From the NCBI GenBank assembly GCA_963823035.1, contig CAWGKG010000004.1, positions 352,001 to 416,000 of the forward strand: a stretch of DNA of 64,000 nucleotides, in the 5' to 3' direction. The translations under genes and the position numbers were made by a program. The DNA comes from an uncultured Gemmatimonadales bacterium (GTDB lineage Bacteria > Gemmatimonadota > Gemmatimonadetes > Longimicrobiales > Gaopeijiaceae). Of this stretch, positions 41,517-54,324 are shown piece after piece. The notes beneath the pieces were generated by a model that saw only the letters and a program-made list of their open reading frames with translations, searched no databases and was not told where the DNA came from. Position 1 is the first letter of the stretch. The number at the start of each line of letters is the position of its first letter.

Positions 41517-42077
41517 ATGCCGACCCACCGTCGTTTCGTGTCGTCCGCCCTCGCCCTGCTCCTCGGCGCGGCCCCGGTGAGCGCCCGGCAGGCAGGCCCG
41601 GCCGGCGCGCAGGAGATGCGGCGGCTCGCGCCCCTGGTGGGCGAGTGGGAGGGCACGGGGTGGGTCGACGCGGGCCCGAACGGCCGCCAGTCCTTCAGCG
41701 TGCACGAGTCGGCCCGATGGGCCGCCGGCGGCTCGGTGCTGGTCCTCGAGGGGCTCGGCACGCAGAAGCTGGACGACGGCACGGAGCGGGCGGTGCACCA
41801 GGCCTTGGGCGTCGTGAGCTGGGATGCCGGAGCCGCGGCGTTCAGCATGCACGCCTACCGCGCGGGTGGCGGTGAGGTGAGTGACGCGCCGACCGTCCGC
41901 GACGGTGGGCTGGTGTGGGGCTTCGAGGACCCGCGCGCCGGCCGGATCCGCTTCACGCTCGACATCGACGAGCACGAATGGCACGAGGTTGGGGCGCGCT
42001 CCGTGGACGGAGCGACCTGGGAGCCGTTCCTCGAGATGCGTCTCGAGCGCGTCGGGGGGACCTCGCCGGGCTCCTGA
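41517..42077 (+). CDS. Exported DUF1579-like beta-barrel protein
   Basis: Signal peptide; LAPLVGEWEGTG; W.E.G..S.DGATW. Confidence 0.7.
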   Translation: MPTHRRFVSSALALLLGAAPVSARQAGPAGAQEMRRLAPLVGEWEGTGWVDAGPNGRQSFSVHESARWAAGGSVLVLEGLGTQKLDDGTERAVHQALGVVSWDAGAAAFSMHAYRAGGGEVSDAPTVRDGGLVWGFEDPRAGRIRFTLDIDEHEWHEVGARSVDGATWEPFLEMRLERVGGTSPGS

Positions 42078-42171
42078 CGCCGGCCGGCGCCTCCCCGCCG
42101 TCGGAGGATGGCGGCGCGGACGGCCATGACGTAGGCTGCGGAGCCGGACTCCCTCTCTGCCGAGGCTTCCG

Positions 42172-43917
<1,746 letters not shown>

Positions 43918-43965
43918 GCCGATGAGGAGGAGCGGGTGACGCTCCGACGACACGGAGGTGGGGCC

Positions 43966-44862
43966 GTGACGCGCGCGCGCACCGCGGCGCTCGCCGCGCT
44001 CTTCCTCGCGGCCGCGTGCGCGCCGGACGCGCCCGAACCGCAGGCGGAGCCGACGACGTCGATCCCGGAGGCGCCGGCCGACGCGGTGGTCGGCCTGGAC
44101 TGGTCGGCGGACGGCAGCCGCCTGGCGGTGGCGTGGCTGCGTCGCGACCGAACGCGCATCTACGGCCTGCTCGCCCCCTTCGACAGCACGGCCCCCGAGC
44201 CGTCCACGGGGATCCCGATCACGAACGGCGAGGCGTCTTCCCCCACGTGGTCGCCGGACGGCCAATGGCTCGCGTTCGCCACCACGCGGGACGGCAACGG
44301 CGAGATCTACCGCGTCCGCCCCGACGGCACGGGTCCGGAGAACCTCACGCGCGACCCCGCGGAGGACTCGGAGCCCGCGTACGGCCACGGGGGAGCGCGT
44401 ATCGCGTTCGTCTCGACGCGTGGGGAGGGGGGGAGGCCGCGGATCTGGACCATGGGCGGGGACGGCCGGGACGCGCGCGCCCTGGGCGACGACCCGGCCG
44501 GCGCGCAGCACGCACCCGCCTGGTCTCCCGACGGGAGTCGCCTGGCCTTTGCCGTGGGGGAGGGCGCCCGCACCGCGGTCTGGGTCGCCCGTGTCGACCC
44601 CTACGCGCCGGTGCGCGTCGCCGACGGAAGCGCTCCCGCCTGGTCGCACGACGGATCGACGCTCTTCTACACGCGCGCGGATTCGCTCTTCGCGCGGTCG
44701 CCGGCAACGCCCGACGGCGCGGAGGACTACCTCACGGAGGGCCGCGCGCCGTGCGCTTCACCCGACGGCGGCTGGCTCGCCTTCGTCCGCGGGGACCGGA
44801 GCTCCGCGGCGCTCTACCTCCTGGACCTCCGGCGCTCGACGGAACGCCGCATCACCCCCTGA
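43966..44862 (+). CDS. TolB-like PD40 beta-propeller lipoprotein
   Basis: Lipobox LAAAC; repeated PxWSPDG motifs. Confidence 0.85.
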   Translation: MTRARTAALAALFLAAACAPDAPEPQAEPTTSIPEAPADAVVGLDWSADGSRLAVAWLRRDRTRIYGLLAPFDSTAPEPSTGIPITNGEASSPTWSPDGQWLAFATTRDGNGEIYRVRPDGTGPENLTRDPAEDSEPAYGHGGARIAFVSTRGEGGRPRIWTMGGDGRDARALGDDPAGAQHAPAWSPDGSRLAFAVGEGARTAVWVARVDPYAPVRVADGSAPAWSHDGSTLFYTRADSLFARSPATPDGAEDYLTEGRAPCASPDGGWLAFVRGDRSSAALYLLDLRRSTERRITP

Positions 44863-44874
44863 GCGTCGCCCCCC

Positions 44875-46893
44875 ATGGAACCGAATCTCCTGACGGACGT
44901 CGTGGTCCTCCTCGGCGTGTCGCTCGTGGTGCTCTACCTCGCCCACGGGCTGCGCCTCCCTCCCATCGTCGCGTTTCTGGCCACCGGCATGCTTCTCGGA
45001 CCCCATGGCCTGGGTGCCGTGCGCGCCGTCCACGAGGTGGAGCAGCTCGCCGAGATCGGCGTCATCCTGGTGCTCTTTACGGTGGGGCTCGAGTTCTCAC
45101 TCAAGGACCTCCTCCGCATCCGACGCACGGTGCTGGTGGGGGGCACCGTCCAGATGCTCGCCGTGATCGGGGTGGTCTATGCCGTGCTGGCGGCCCTGGG
45201 CATGGCGCGACGCGAGGCGCTCTTCCTGGGACTGATCGCGTCGCTGAGCAGCACGGCGGTGGTGCTGCGTATCCTCCAGCAACGCGCGGAGGTGGACGCG
45301 GCGCACGGGCGGACGAGCCTGGCCGTGCTGGTCTACCAGGACCTCATGATCGTGCCGATGATGCTCCTGGTTCCGGTCCTGGCGGGCGCCGGCGGGAGCG
45401 TCGCGGTCGCGATCGGCGGCTTCGCCGTGAAGGCCGTGGCGATCCTGGCGATGGTGCTGCTGCTGGCTCGCGTCGTCGTCCCGCGCATGCTCGAGCGCGT
45501 GGTGGGCACGCGCAGCCGGGACATGTTCCTGCTTGCCGTGGTGACCACGTGCCTCGCGGTGGCCTGGCTCGCCGCGGCCGGCGGCCTGTCGCTGGCGCTG
45601 GGTGCCTTCCTGGCGGGCCTGATCGTCTCCGAGTCCGAGTACAGCCATCAAGCCCTCGCGGACATCCTGCCCTTCCGGGACCTCTTCTCGAGCTTCTTCT
45701 TCGTCTCCATCGGCATGCTCCTCGACCTGCGCCTGGTGGCCCAATCCCCCGTGCTGCTGTCGGTGCTGGTGGTGGGGGTGCTCGCGGTCAAGGCGGGCGC
45801 GGCCGCCCTGGCGACCCTCGCGGTCGGCCTGTCGATCCGTACCGCGGCGCTGACGGGGATGGCGTTGGCACAGGTGGGGGAGTTCTCGTTCATCCTCGCG
45901 GGAAGTGGGTTGCGTGAGGGGATCATCGCCGCCGCGTCCTACCAGTGGTTCCTGGCGGCCGCGGTGGCTTCCATCGGGGCCACGCCGTTCCTCATCGCCG
46001 CCGCGCCGCGCCTCGCGGAAGCGCTGGACCGGCTGCCGCTGCCCGAGCGCCTCAAGGTGGGCGGGATGGCCGCGTCGACGCTCGAGGCTCCACCCGGCGC
46101 CGCTCCGCAGTCGGATCACCTGGTTGTGGTGGGCTTCGGCGTGAACGGCGGCAACGTGGGTCGCGCGGCCACCGTGGCCGGCATCCCCTTCACGGTCATC
46201 GAGATGAACCCGGCGGTGGTGCGGGCCGAACGAGCCAACGGGGTACCGATCCACTACGGCGACGCGACGCAGGCAGCCGTGCTCGAGCGCGCGGGCGTAC
46301 CTCGCGCACGTGTCGTGATCGTCGCCATCTCCGACGCCGCCGCGACGCGACGCGTGACGGCGCTGTCGCGCTCGTTGAGTCCGGCGTGCCGGATCATCGC
46401 GCGAACGAGGTACCTGCACGAGGTCGACCCGCTCCGTCTCGCGGGCGCCGACCTGGTGATCCCCGAGGAGCTCGAGACGTCGCTCGAGATCGTGGCACGC
46501 GTGCTCGCCAGCTACCTCGTGCCGAAGAGGGAGATCGATGCGTTCCTGGCCGAGGTGCGTGCGGGCGGATACGGAATGCTGCGGGCTCCGACCTTCCCCG
46601 GTCCGAGCCTGGCCGATCTCCAGCCGCGCCTGGCCGAGATCGAGATCTCGACCCTGCGCGTCGATGCGGGAAGCAGCCTGGTCGGACAGCGGCTCGGCGA
46701 GACGGACCTCCGTCGGCTCTTCGGCGTCACGGTGGTCGCGATCCGGCGGGGCGACGCGTTCCTGTCCAATCCGGGTGCGGAGGCCTCCTTGCAGGCGAAC
46801 GACGCCCTGATCGTCATGGGCTTGAACGAGGAGATCGCGTCGGCGGCGTCGCTCTTCCGCGCGGAGGGGCTGGACCCGTCGGGTCGGGAATGA
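44875..46893 (+). CDS. CPA2 cation:proton antiporter (Kef-like) with TrkA-N and TrkA-C domains
   Basis: [41 protein letters not shown]. Confidence 0.93.
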   Translation: MEPNLLTDVVVLLGVSLVVLYLAHGLRLPPIVAFLATGMLLGPHGLGAVRAVHEVEQLAEIGVILVLFTVGLEFSLKDLLRIRRTVLVGGTVQMLAVIGVVYAVLAALGMARREALFLGLIASLSSTAVVLRILQQRAEVDAAHGRTSLAVLVYQDLMIVPMMLLVPVLAGAGGSVAVAIGGFAVKAVAILAMVLLLARVVVPRMLERVVGTRSRDMFLLAVVTTCLAVAWLAAAGGLSLALGAFLAGLIVSESEYSHQALADILPFRDLFSSFFFVSIGMLLDLRLVAQSPVLLSVLVVGVLAVKAGAAALATLAVGLSIRTAALTGMALAQVGEFSFILAGSGLREGIIAAASYQWFLAAAVASIGATPFLIAAAPRLAEALDRLPLPERLKVGGMAASTLEAPPGAAPQSDHLVVVGFGVNGGNVGRAATVAGIPFTVIEMNPAVVRAERANGVPIHYGDATQAAVLERAGVPRARVVIVAISDAAATRRVTALSRSLSPACRIIARTRYLHEVDPLRLAGADLVIPEELETSLEIVARVLASYLVPKREIDAFLAEVRAGGYGMLRAPTFPGPSLADLQPRLAEIEISTLRVDAGSSLVGQRLGETDLRRLFGVTVVAIRRGDAFLSNPGAEASLQANDALIVMGLNEEIASAASLFRAEGLDPSGRE

Positions 46894-46935
46894 CTAACAT
46901 CTCCGCCCACCAAAGGCGCGGAGCACGAGAGGATC

Positions 46936-47433
46936 ATGGCACAGAACTCCTTCGACATCTCCACCGGCGTCGACATGCAGGAGGTCGACAACGCGGTCAA
47001 CATGGCCGCCAAGGAGGTCGCGACCCGCTACGACTTCAAGGGCACGAGCTGCACGCTCGACTTCGACCGCAAGGAAGCGGTGGTCAAGTTGGACGCCGAC
47101 GACGAGTACAGGCTGAAGGCGCTCATGGGTGTGCTACGGGAGAAGCTGTCGCGGCGCGGCGTCCCGCTGAAGAACCTGGACGAAGGGAAGGTGGAGGTGG
47201 GCTCGCTCGGCCGTGCGCGCCAGGCGCTCGGGCTCAAGCAGGGCATCGACCAGGAGACGGCCAAGAAGATCTCGAAGGAGGTCCGCGACGAGGGCTTCAA
47301 GAAGGTCCAGGTGTCGATCCAGGGCGAGGAACTTCGGGTGACGTCGCCGTCCCGGGACACCCTGCAGGAGGTCATGGCGTTCGTGAAGTCCCGCGACTAC
47401 GGGGTGGAGCTGCAGTTCGGGAACTACCGATAG
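46936..47433 (+). CDS. yajQ: YajQ-family nucleotide/c-di-GMP-binding protein
   Basis: SFDI...QEVDNAVN...RYDFKG...QGEELRV...LQFGNYR. Confidence 0.96.
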   Translation: MAQNSFDISTGVDMQEVDNAVNMAAKEVATRYDFKGTSCTLDFDRKEAVVKLDADDEYRLKALMGVLREKLSRRGVPLKNLDEGKVEVGSLGRARQALGLKQGIDQETAKKISKEVRDEGFKKVQVSIQGEELRVTSPSRDTLQEVMAFVKSRDYGVELQFGNYR

Positions 47434-47516
47434 GCGCGCCCCGGCCGCGGGCGGCTGGCGCGCATTTCCGCGCCCGGTCCGAAGGTGCAAGCCCACCCAT
47501 CGAGGAGGAGCATCCC

Positions 47517-48518
<1,002 letters not shown>

Positions 48519-48564
48519 TGGCGGACGAGCCGAACCGCGGATGCCGGAGCGCGCGGCGCGCCCC

Positions 48565-50901
48565 TCACCTCGGTCCGAGGGCGCGGAAGAGGTAGCTGAT
48601 CTTCACGAAGAAGGCGTCGTCCGTGCGGCGCAGCCGATCGAAGCGGAGCGGATCGGGCTCGGTCATCGTGTTGCCGTAGCCGAGGAAGAACACCGTCCCG
48701 GGCGTCGGTCGGTAGGAGAAGAGCCAATCGGCGCGAAGCGCGTTGGACACGGTGGCCGTGGTGGGCTCGTACGTCCCCGGCCCGGTGCGCCTCAGCAGCA
48801 GCCTACCCGTGCGCGGATCGCGCAGGGCGGTGCGCTCCGTGGCCGTGTACTGGGCCACCATGCGCAGGAAGATCGACCGCGTGACCTGATACTCGAGCTT
48901 CAGGCGCGGGATGCGCGTGAGCTGCGTGCGCTCGCCGTCGCTCCGGCGCGTGAAGCGGCTGCTCCGGTAGGTCGCGCCGATGCGGATCTGCTGCGTCGGG
49001 CGGACGTCGAGGCTCGCGTTCCAGTCCCGGCGGGAGACGCGCGAGGTCTCCAGGAAGTCCACGTCGCGACCGGTGGTGAGGCCGACCGACGCGGCGAAGC
49101 GCGCGAACTGCGGCGTGGTCACGTTCCACCGGGTGGTGAAGGCCGTGATGCGGTCTGACGGCCGGAAGGGCGCCGGCGCGGCCACCAGCCCCGAGTAGAG
49201 GTCCGCGTAGTCCGCGGGATCGAAGCCGTAGCTCGAGAGCGTAGGTGACACGCCGACCGACCATCCGCCGCGCAGCGTGACCTCGTTGTTCATCGACAGC
49301 TGGTCTTCGAGCAGGCTTCGGCCGGCGAAGAAGTCGTCGTAGCGCCACAGCGCGGTGCCGCGCACGAACGTGTTGTAGCGCTCGGCCAGCGCGCCCTGCG
49401 CGCCGTAGAGCGTGAAACGGTTCGCGACGCCCACCTCGACGATGTCCGTGCGCTGCACGAAGCCGTTGTCGGCCGCGAAGCCGTCGCCCAGTCCCTTCAC
49501 CGAGTAGTGGAAGCCGTAGCTTCGCCCCGTGCGGTCGACCGCCGCCTCCCACATGGGCGCGGACCGGGTCGCGCCGTCCTCGGTGGTCGCGCTGAAAGCG
49601 CCCTGGAACTGCGCGTAGTAGAGCCCTCCGAAGACCCAACGCACGTCGGCGCCGCCCAGGTGGTTGCCGCGCCCGCCGCCCGACCGCTCGCTGACGAGCA
49701 TCCCCACGGTCGACTGGGTGCCGATGCCGCGCCGCACGCGCAGGATGCCCACGAACGGGCGGGAGCCGTCGGCCGTGGTGGAGGGGTCGTCCAGGGCGGA
49801 GAGCACGGCCACGTCCGTGCGGCCCACCTTCCCCGTGAGCTTCACCGCCGCCTCCGGCCGCACCACCCTGCGGGTGTACACGAGCGTGTTCGGCACGTTG
49901 AACTGGTCGGCACCCTCCACGAAGAACGGTCGCCGCTCGGCGTAGAAGAGCGCGAAGCGCTCGTCGGCCGCGATCTGCGTGGCGTCCGCCTCCACCTGGC
50001 TGAAGTCCGGCTTCACGGTGCCGTTCAGCACCGCGTTGCTTCCCATCGCCCAGCGCACGTTGCCGCCGATGCGGGGCTCGTTGTCGTAGCGCCAGTCGCC
50101 GGCGTCGGGGCCGTCGCCCGAGATCGGGCTGCCCGTCGCGGTCGTCGTGAGCTCCGGGTTGAGCTGGACGACCTGGCCGTGGTGCATCCCGGTGAGGCCG
50201 ACCAGCGTCCCCTCCTGGTCGATGAACGACGCGGCCGCCTTCCGCGTCTCGGTCCAGGTGATCTCGTAGCCGCTGTGCTGCACGTTGCGCTGGATCTGGA
50301 TCCCCCAGTCCTGCGTGGACGCCGTCGGGTAGCGCAGGCTCGAGAAGGGGATGCGGATCTCCACCTCGTAGCCGTCGTCCGTGATCCGGCCCTTGGACTC
50401 CCAGATGTAGTCGGCGCTCAGGTCGTTCTGGCCGGGCATCACGTTGGAGCCCGGGATGAAGCCGCCCCCCTCGCTCTTGGTCCCGTCCGCCTGGACGCCG
50501 AGCGCGTTGACGATGAAGACGAGCGCACGATTGCGCTCGTCGTAGGTGTCCAGGAGGATCTCGACGTTGTCGTCGGAATCCACCTTGTCGCGGTCGGCCA
50601 GCGTGGCACGCACGGCCCCGTGCGGCTCGAACGCACGCACGCCGAAGTAGATCGCCTCGGGCGAGTACCAGACGAGCACGTCCGTCGAGTCGGGTGAGGG
50701 GCGCTGGTCCACCGGCTGGTAGACGGAGAAGCCGGTCAGAACGGCGGCGCGCCGCCAGACCGGCTCGTCGAGCACGCCGTCGATCGTCACGGAGGCATCC
50801 AGGGCGGGCGCCCGTACCTCGGTCTCGCCCCGACGGGCGTGGTAGACCGTGGCGGTCGTATCGGGGGCGAGCTGAAGCGCTGCGAGGAGGGTCAGGAGCA
50901 T
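48565..50901 (-). CDS. CBM9-like + DUF5916 outer-membrane protein
   Basis: IDGVLDEPVW, EIRIPFSSLRY, PDFSQVEAD, ERRPFF, FFVKISY. Confidence 0.88.
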   Translation of the reverse strand: MLLTLLAALQLAPDTTATVYHARRGETEVRAPALDASVTIDGVLDEPVWRRAAVLTGFSVYQPVDQRPSPDSTDVLVWYSPEAIYFGVRAFEPHGAVRATLADRDKVDSDDNVEILLDTYDERNRALVFIVNALGVQADGTKSEGGGFIPGSNVMPGQNDLSADYIWESKGRITDDGYEVEIRIPFSSLRYPTASTQDWGIQIQRNVQHSGYEITWTETRKAAASFIDQEGTLVGLTGMHHGQVVQLNPELTTTATGSPISGDGPDAGDWRYDNEPRIGGNVRWAMGSNAVLNGTVKPDFSQVEADATQIAADERFALFYAERRPFFVEGADQFNVPNTLVYTRRVVRPEAAVKLTGKVGRTDVAVLSALDDPSTTADGSRPFVGILRVRRGIGTQSTVGMLVSERSGGGRGNHLGGADVRWVFGGLYYAQFQGAFSATTEDGATRSAPMWEAAVDRTGRSYGFHYSVKGLGDGFAADNGFVQRTDIVEVGVANRFTLYGAQGALAERYNTFVRGTALWRYDDFFAGRSLLEDQLSMNNEVTLRGGWSVGVSPTLSSYGFDPADYADLYSGLVAAPAPFRPSDRITAFTTRWNVTTPQFARFAASVGLTTGRDVDFLETSRVSRRDWNASLDVRPTQQIRIGATYRSSRFTRRSDGERTQLTRIPRLKLEYQVTRSIFLRMVAQYTATERTALRDPRTGRLLLRRTGPGTYEPTTATVSNALRADWLFSYRPTPGTVFFLGYGNTMTEPDPLRFDRLRRTDDAFFVKISYLFRALGPR

Positions 50902-50929
50902 GTCGAAGGGGGTGAGGCGGGCGGGCTGC

Positions 50930-51442
50930 TCAGAAGGCCACGTCGAACTCCTCCTCGCCGTGGCCGAACGAGTAGGTCTTCTGGGTCTGGTCCGGGAAGT
51001 GGACGAACTTCACGATGTTGCGCTGGTCGTCGAACAGCTCGAGCAGGAGCGTGTTGCGCACGTGGAAGGTCGTGACCGTGCCGGGCGCCTCGAACTGGAC
51101 GGCGTACCACCACACCGGCTCGCGGTCCAGCTCGTCACGTCCGGACGCGACGATCCGTCCGGTGAGGGTCTTCCCCTGCACGGACAGCCCGAAGCACGCG
51201 TTGAAATACGTGAGGAAGGCCGCGTCGGTGGCAGGGTCGTCCTCGAGCTCCAGGTCGGGGCGGCCGGAGTGGCCGCGCAGGGCGGCCCGGAGGTCGTCGA
51301 GGAAGAAGCGGATGCGCACGATGACGACGTCGTTCTCGACCGCGGCGGCGCCGTAGGTGACGTGCAGCTTGTGCGCGGCCGAGGCCCCCGCGTCCCCGAC
51401 GGGCGCGAGGGCCATCACCAGCGACAGGAGGGCGACGATCAT
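50930..51442 (-). CDS. DUF6702-family exported protein
   Basis: Signal peptide then AHKLHVT; FFLDDL; NTLLLELFDDQRNIV. Confidence 0.8.
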   Translation of the reverse strand: MIVALLSLVMALAPVGDAGASAAHKLHVTYGAAAVENDVVIVRIRFFLDDLRAALRGHSGRPDLELEDDPATDAAFLTYFNACFGLSVQGKTLTGRIVASGRDELDREPVWWYAVQFEAPGTVTTFHVRNTLLLELFDDQRNIVKFVHFPDQTQKTYSFGHGEEEFDVAF

Positions 51443-53541
51443 TCCGTGATCGGTCGCTTCCACACGTTGTTGGACCGATCGATGTCGGCGAACGCCTGGT
51501 CCGGGTCGATGACGATCTCCACGATCTCCTTGTTCCCGAAGAAGCCGGCCGTGAAGGTCAGCTCGTTGTTGCGCCATATGTCGACCGGGAAGCTGCGGCG
51601 CTCCTTCGTGCCGTCGTCGTACGTGACCTCGATCTCGAGCGGCATCACCAGCCCGCCCTCGTTGTCGACCTTGATGCGGTAGTAGTACTGACCGCGCGCG
51701 TCGTCACCCACCAGCTCCCTGGCCGCCTGCACCGAGACGTCGGCCACCGCCTGGTCGTTCGCGTGCGTCGTGTAGAACCACCCGCGCCAGAACCAGGCGA
51801 GGTTCTCACCCGCGCCCTCCTCCATCGAGCGGAAGAAGTCGGCCGGCTGCGGATGCTTGAACATCCATCCCTGCGCGTAGTAGTGGAACGCGTCGTCGAA
51901 CGCCTTCTCGCCGAGGACGTGCTCGCGCAGCATCACCAACCCGGTGGCCGGCTTGGCGTAGCCGTTGTTGCCGAAGTCCTTGGCGATCAGGTCGGACTCC
52001 GTCATGAGCGGCTCCTGGTCCGGGTCGCTCATGTAGTCGACGATGTTCGGCGCGGGCCCGCGCTGCGTCTCCGCCGGCCACGCGCAGTCCGCCGTCTGCG
52101 TCCACTGCTCCCCGCAGTAGGATTTCGCGTAGTCACGCTCGCCGTAGTACTGCAGGAAGGAGTTCAGCCCCTCGTCCATCCACGTCCACTTGCGCTCGTC
52201 GGTGGCCACGATCATGGGGAACCAGTTGTGCCCCACCTCGTGCACGGTGACGCCGATGAGGCCGCGCTCCGTCGCGTCGCTGTACGTGCCGTCCGGCTGC
52301 GGCCGCCGGCCGCAGAAGGCGATCATCGGGTACTCCATCCCGCCCACGGGGCCGTTGGCGTTGACCGCCTTCGGGTAGGGGTACTCGAAGGCGAGCCGGC
52401 CGTACGTCTTCATGGTCTGGATGGTCGCGCGCGTCGACACCTTGTCCCAGAGCGGAATGGCGTCGCGCGGGTACAGCGAGTGGATCTTGATGGTCCGGTC
52501 GTCCGGACGGTACTTGAAGCCCGCGGCGTCCCACACGTACGTCTTCGAGCTGATCCAGGCGAAGTCGCGCACGTCGTCGGCCTTGAAGTGCCAGGTGAGC
52601 GTGCCCGAGCGCGTCGGGCGCGCCTCCGGCTTCATGACCTCGTCGGGGCGGACGATGAAGCGCGGCTCCTCGCTCCCGTACGCCTCCTCGAGCCGCTGCC
52701 GCTGCGTGGCCGTGAGCACCTCCTCCGGGTTCTGCAGCTCGCCCGTGGCGTCCACGATGTGGTTCCACGGCACGGTGATGCGCACGTCGTAGTTCCCGAA
52801 CTCCAGGTAGAACTCGCCGCGCCCCATGAACTGGTCCGTCTGCCACCCGTTCACGTCGTCGTAGACGCTCATGCGTGGGAACCACTGCGCGTTCTCGTAG
52901 AGCCAGCCGTCGTTGACCAGCTCCTTCGCGCCGCGCCCCGCGTCGGGGACGATGTGGTGCCAGTCGACCTCGAACGCCTGCACCCCTCCGGACTCGAGCG
53001 GCTCCTCGAGGTTCACCCGCATGATCGTGTTGTTGATCCGGTAGTCCGCGTCGACGAGCGTGCCGTCGTCACGCACGAGCTGCACGCGCGTCAGGGTGTA
53101 GCCCGCGTCCGACGGGTCGAGCCCCAGGAAGCGGCGCGCCATCGGGCTCACGCGCTCGGGAATCGCGCCGGCCGCGGCCCGCGAGCGGCTGTGCTCCTCC
53201 GACGCCTGGTTCTGGTCGAGCTGCACCCAGAGGAAGCGCAGGACGTCCGGGGAGTTGTTGTGGTACGTGATGCGCTCGGACCCGTGCAGGGAGTGGTCCG
53301 TGGTGTCGAGCGCGACGTCGATGCGGTAGTCGGCCTGCTGCTGCCAGTAGCGCGGGCCCGGCATGCCCGCGGCGTTCCGGTAGTCGTTGGGGTCCGGCCA
53401 CTCCTCGAGGATGCGGAACATCGACTTGTTCGTCTTCGAGCCGTCGTCGTGCAGCCATTGCTGCGCGGCCGCGGGCGCGACGCGCCCGACGCAGGCCAGG
53501 AGGAGGCATGCGCCGAGGGCGCGAAGGAGGCGGAGCTTCAT
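51439..53541 (-). CDS. M1-family zinc aminopeptidase, exported
   Basis: YWQQQADY, QWFPRM, GGMEYPM, HEVGHNWFP...WMDEG. Confidence 0.93.
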   Translation of the reverse strand: MKLRLLRALGACLLLACVGRVAPAAAQQWLHDDGSKTNKSMFRILEEWPDPNDYRNAAGMPGPRYWQQQADYRIDVALDTTDHSLHGSERITYHNNSPDVLRFLWVQLDQNQASEEHSRSRAAAGAIPERVSPMARRFLGLDPSDAGYTLTRVQLVRDDGTLVDADYRINNTIMRVNLEEPLESGGVQAFEVDWHHIVPDAGRGAKELVNDGWLYENAQWFPRMSVYDDVNGWQTDQFMGRGEFYLEFGNYDVRITVPWNHIVDATGELQNPEEVLTATQRQRLEEAYGSEEPRFIVRPDEVMKPEARPTRSGTLTWHFKADDVRDFAWISSKTYVWDAAGFKYRPDDRTIKIHSLYPRDAIPLWDKVSTRATIQTMKTYGRLAFEYPYPKAVNANGPVGGMEYPMIAFCGRRPQPDGTYSDATERGLIGVTVHEVGHNWFPMIVATDERKWTWMDEGLNSFLQYYGERDYAKSYCGEQWTQTADCAWPAETQRGPAPNIVDYMSDPDQEPLMTESDLIAKDFGNNGYAKPATGLVMLREHVLGEKAFDDAFHYYAQGWMFKHPQPADFFRSMEEGAGENLAWFWRGWFYTTHANDQAVADVSVQAARELVGDDARGQYYYRIKVDNEGGLVMPLEIEVTYDDGTKERRSFPVDIWRNNELTFTAGFFGNKEIVEIVIDPDQAFADIDRSNNVWKRPITE

Positions 53542-53579
53542 GGTGTGCACTCCATGCGGAGGAGCGGGGTTCGCGGTCA

Positions 53580-54179
53580 TCACGGAATGCGCTCTGCCAG
53601 GAGGAGCAGCGCGGCGAGGGAGGTCACGGAAGAAAGGATAACCGTCCAGAGGGCAGGACGCATACGCCCCAGGCGGACCACCCCCCAGCTCGTCAGCAGC
53701 ACCCCGGACAAGATGCCGATCTGCCCCAGCTCGAGGCCCACGTTGAAGGAGAAGAGCGGGAGGGCGATGCTCTCCTCCTCCCCAAGCAGGGCGCGCAGGA
53801 AGGTGGAGAAGCCCAGCCCGTGGATGAGCCCGAAGAAGAGGGCCATGGCGTATTTCACCTGCTGCTGGCGGCCGGGTCGTCCGAGGCGTTCGCCGGGCGT
53901 GCGTGTCTCCCACAGGTTGAAGAGGCCGGTGGCCAGGATCGTGCAGGGGATCAGGAACTCCACCAGGGCGCTGCTCACGGACACGAGCCGCAGCGTGGCC
54001 AGCGCGAGGGTGATCGAGTGGCCGACCGTGAAGGCGGTCACCAGCATGAGGAGATGGCGCCAATGCGTCAGGGCGTAGCCTGCCGTGAGCGCGACGATGA
54101 AGAGGATGTGGTCGTACGCGCCCGGGTCCGCGATGTGGTCGAACCCGAGGCGCAGGTAGACGGCGAAGGTCGAGTGCAT
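53580..54179 (-). CDS. HupE/UreJ-family membrane protein
   Basis: GFDHI, YDHILF, TAFTVGHSITL, FGLIHGLGF, FNVGLELGQ. Confidence 0.92.
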   Translation of the reverse strand: MHSTFAVYLRLGFDHIADPGAYDHILFIVALTAGYALTHWRHLLMLVTAFTVGHSITLALATLRLVSVSSALVEFLIPCTILATGLFNLWETRTPGERLGRPGRQQQVKYAMALFFGLIHGLGFSTFLRALLGEEESIALPLFSFNVGLELGQIGILSGVLLTSWGVVRLGRMRPALWTVILSSVTSLAALLLLAERIP

Positions 54180-54324
54180 GGTGGGCGAAGATAGGCCCGG
54201 GGGAGCGCGCCGCCACGGGGCCTGGGCGCCTGCTCTCCGGGGGAGCGGGCGCGGGTGTCCGGGCGCGAACCCCCGACGTAGCTTCTCGGGGCTCCTCCGA
54301 TGGAACCCGCACTCGAGGTCCGGC

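Noticed and set aside
45945..47516. Apparent long N-terminal extension of the aldo/keto reductase (857-aa ORF)
   Set aside because: It overlaps the antiporter and yajQ in another frame; the RBS-supported start is GTG 47517
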